From: Candidatus Saccharimonadota bacterium
GTDB taxonomy: Bacteria; Patescibacteriota; Saccharimonadia; Saccharimonadales; Saccharimonadaceae
Reading direction: 5' to 3'
NCBI GenBank assembly: GCA_030523715.1
Contig: JAUNHY010000003.1
Coordinates: 7,201 to 71,200, forward strand
Length of the DNA: 64,000 nt
Shown here piece by piece: positions 63,595 to 64,000 of this stretch. Under the pieces are notes generated by a model that saw only the letters and a program-made list of their open reading frames with translations, was not told where the DNA came from and did not search any database. The position numbers and the translations under genes are program-made. Position 1 is the first letter of the stretch, and the number at the start of each line of letters is the position of its first letter.

Positions 63595-64000
63595 AAGAGA
63601 AGCTCGAAAAACTAAAAATCGGACCAGTAACTGCGCTAATTGCGGCCTGCTTATTGATGATTTTTGGTGTTTTTGCGACTATTTTTGGCTTTAATACAAA
63701 AAAGATTGTCTCAATCAACTATTCCGACCAAGGTACGATTGACTATAAAGTCTATCTCAAGGAAAACCGTTTCTTTGACACTCCGTATTTACCGGCCGGT
63801 CGCACTTATATTACGAACCTCATTAACTATCTTGATGTAGATATGAACTACGAACTCTATTTTGATGAGCCAGTGAATGTTAATTATAGCTACTATTACG
63901 TTGCGACCATCAGTGCTGCCAAAAATTCCAACACGCCAACGGCAAACAAGAATGAATATTGGAGCAAAGATTACAATTTAACCGAACAAGTAGATAAAAC
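63591..64000 (+). CDS. Membrane-anchored protein, 3' end outside window (possibly DUF5305-like)
   Basis: ATGA overlap with the peptidase gene. Hand-translated as MKEKLEKLKIGPVTALIAACLLMIFGVFATIFG...IDYKVYLKENRFFDTPYLPAG.... The frame stays open to the window end. Confidence 0.5.
   Translation, partial: MKEKLEKLKIGPVTALIAACLLMIFGVFATIFGFNTKKIVSINYSDQGTIDYKVYLKENRFFDTPYLPAGRTYITNLINYLDVDMNYELYFDEPVNVNYSYYYVATISAAKNSNTPTANKNEYWSKDYNLTEQVDK

Overview
This 64-kb window looks like a chromosomal segment from a small-genome, monoderm-type bacterium. I infer it is Patescibacteria/Saccharibacteria-like, from gene content, LPXTG surface proteins and a sparse metabolism; this cannot be confirmed without a database search.

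Backbone: housekeeping genes pgsA, dgkA, ftsH, murJ, galU, gatC-gatA-X-gatB, murA, nrdD-nrdG, prfA-prmC, folD-murB and rdgB, two ABC/FtsX exporter modules, and five tRNAs (Pro-UGG, Pro-CGG, Val-CAC, Arg-CCG, Arg-UCG).

Accessory blocks:
1. A cell-surface block at 26.4-31.0 kb: a membrane-hairpin/NlpC-P60-like fusion, CapA, and a large surface protein.
2. A 2.5-kb integrase-less islet at the 3' end of tRNA-Val (31.07-33.6 kb). It carries an HTH protein, a DUF4417-like protein, and a 13-bp perfect inverted repeat framing a 19-codon hydrophobic ORF.
3. A GC3-rich block of foreign-looking composition (about 36.3-38.3 kb), driven by a consensus promoter through a long structured leader.
4. An LPKTG protein with DUF11-like repeats, followed by a 1188-aa polytopic protein (38.4-45.4 kb).
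5. A mildly GC-elevated patch organised around two tRNA-Arg genes (47.3-49.1 kb).
6. A membrane-anchored Clp/Hsp100-like AAA+ protein with a degenerate first ATPase ring.
7. An operon encoding a TasA/camelysin-like secreted protein, a SipW-type signal peptidase fused to a polytopic domain, and a further partial membrane-anchored ORF.

Other notable points: an XRE-HTH::MurA fusion, four NrdR-box-like palindromes upstream of nrdD, an extra gene translationally coupled inside gatCAB, and a recurrent leaderless promoter layout (TGnTATAAT, then 6-9 nt, then the start codon).

No rRNA genes, CRISPR array, integrase or transposase were seen. All family names come from motif recognition by eye and need HMM or structure confirmation.
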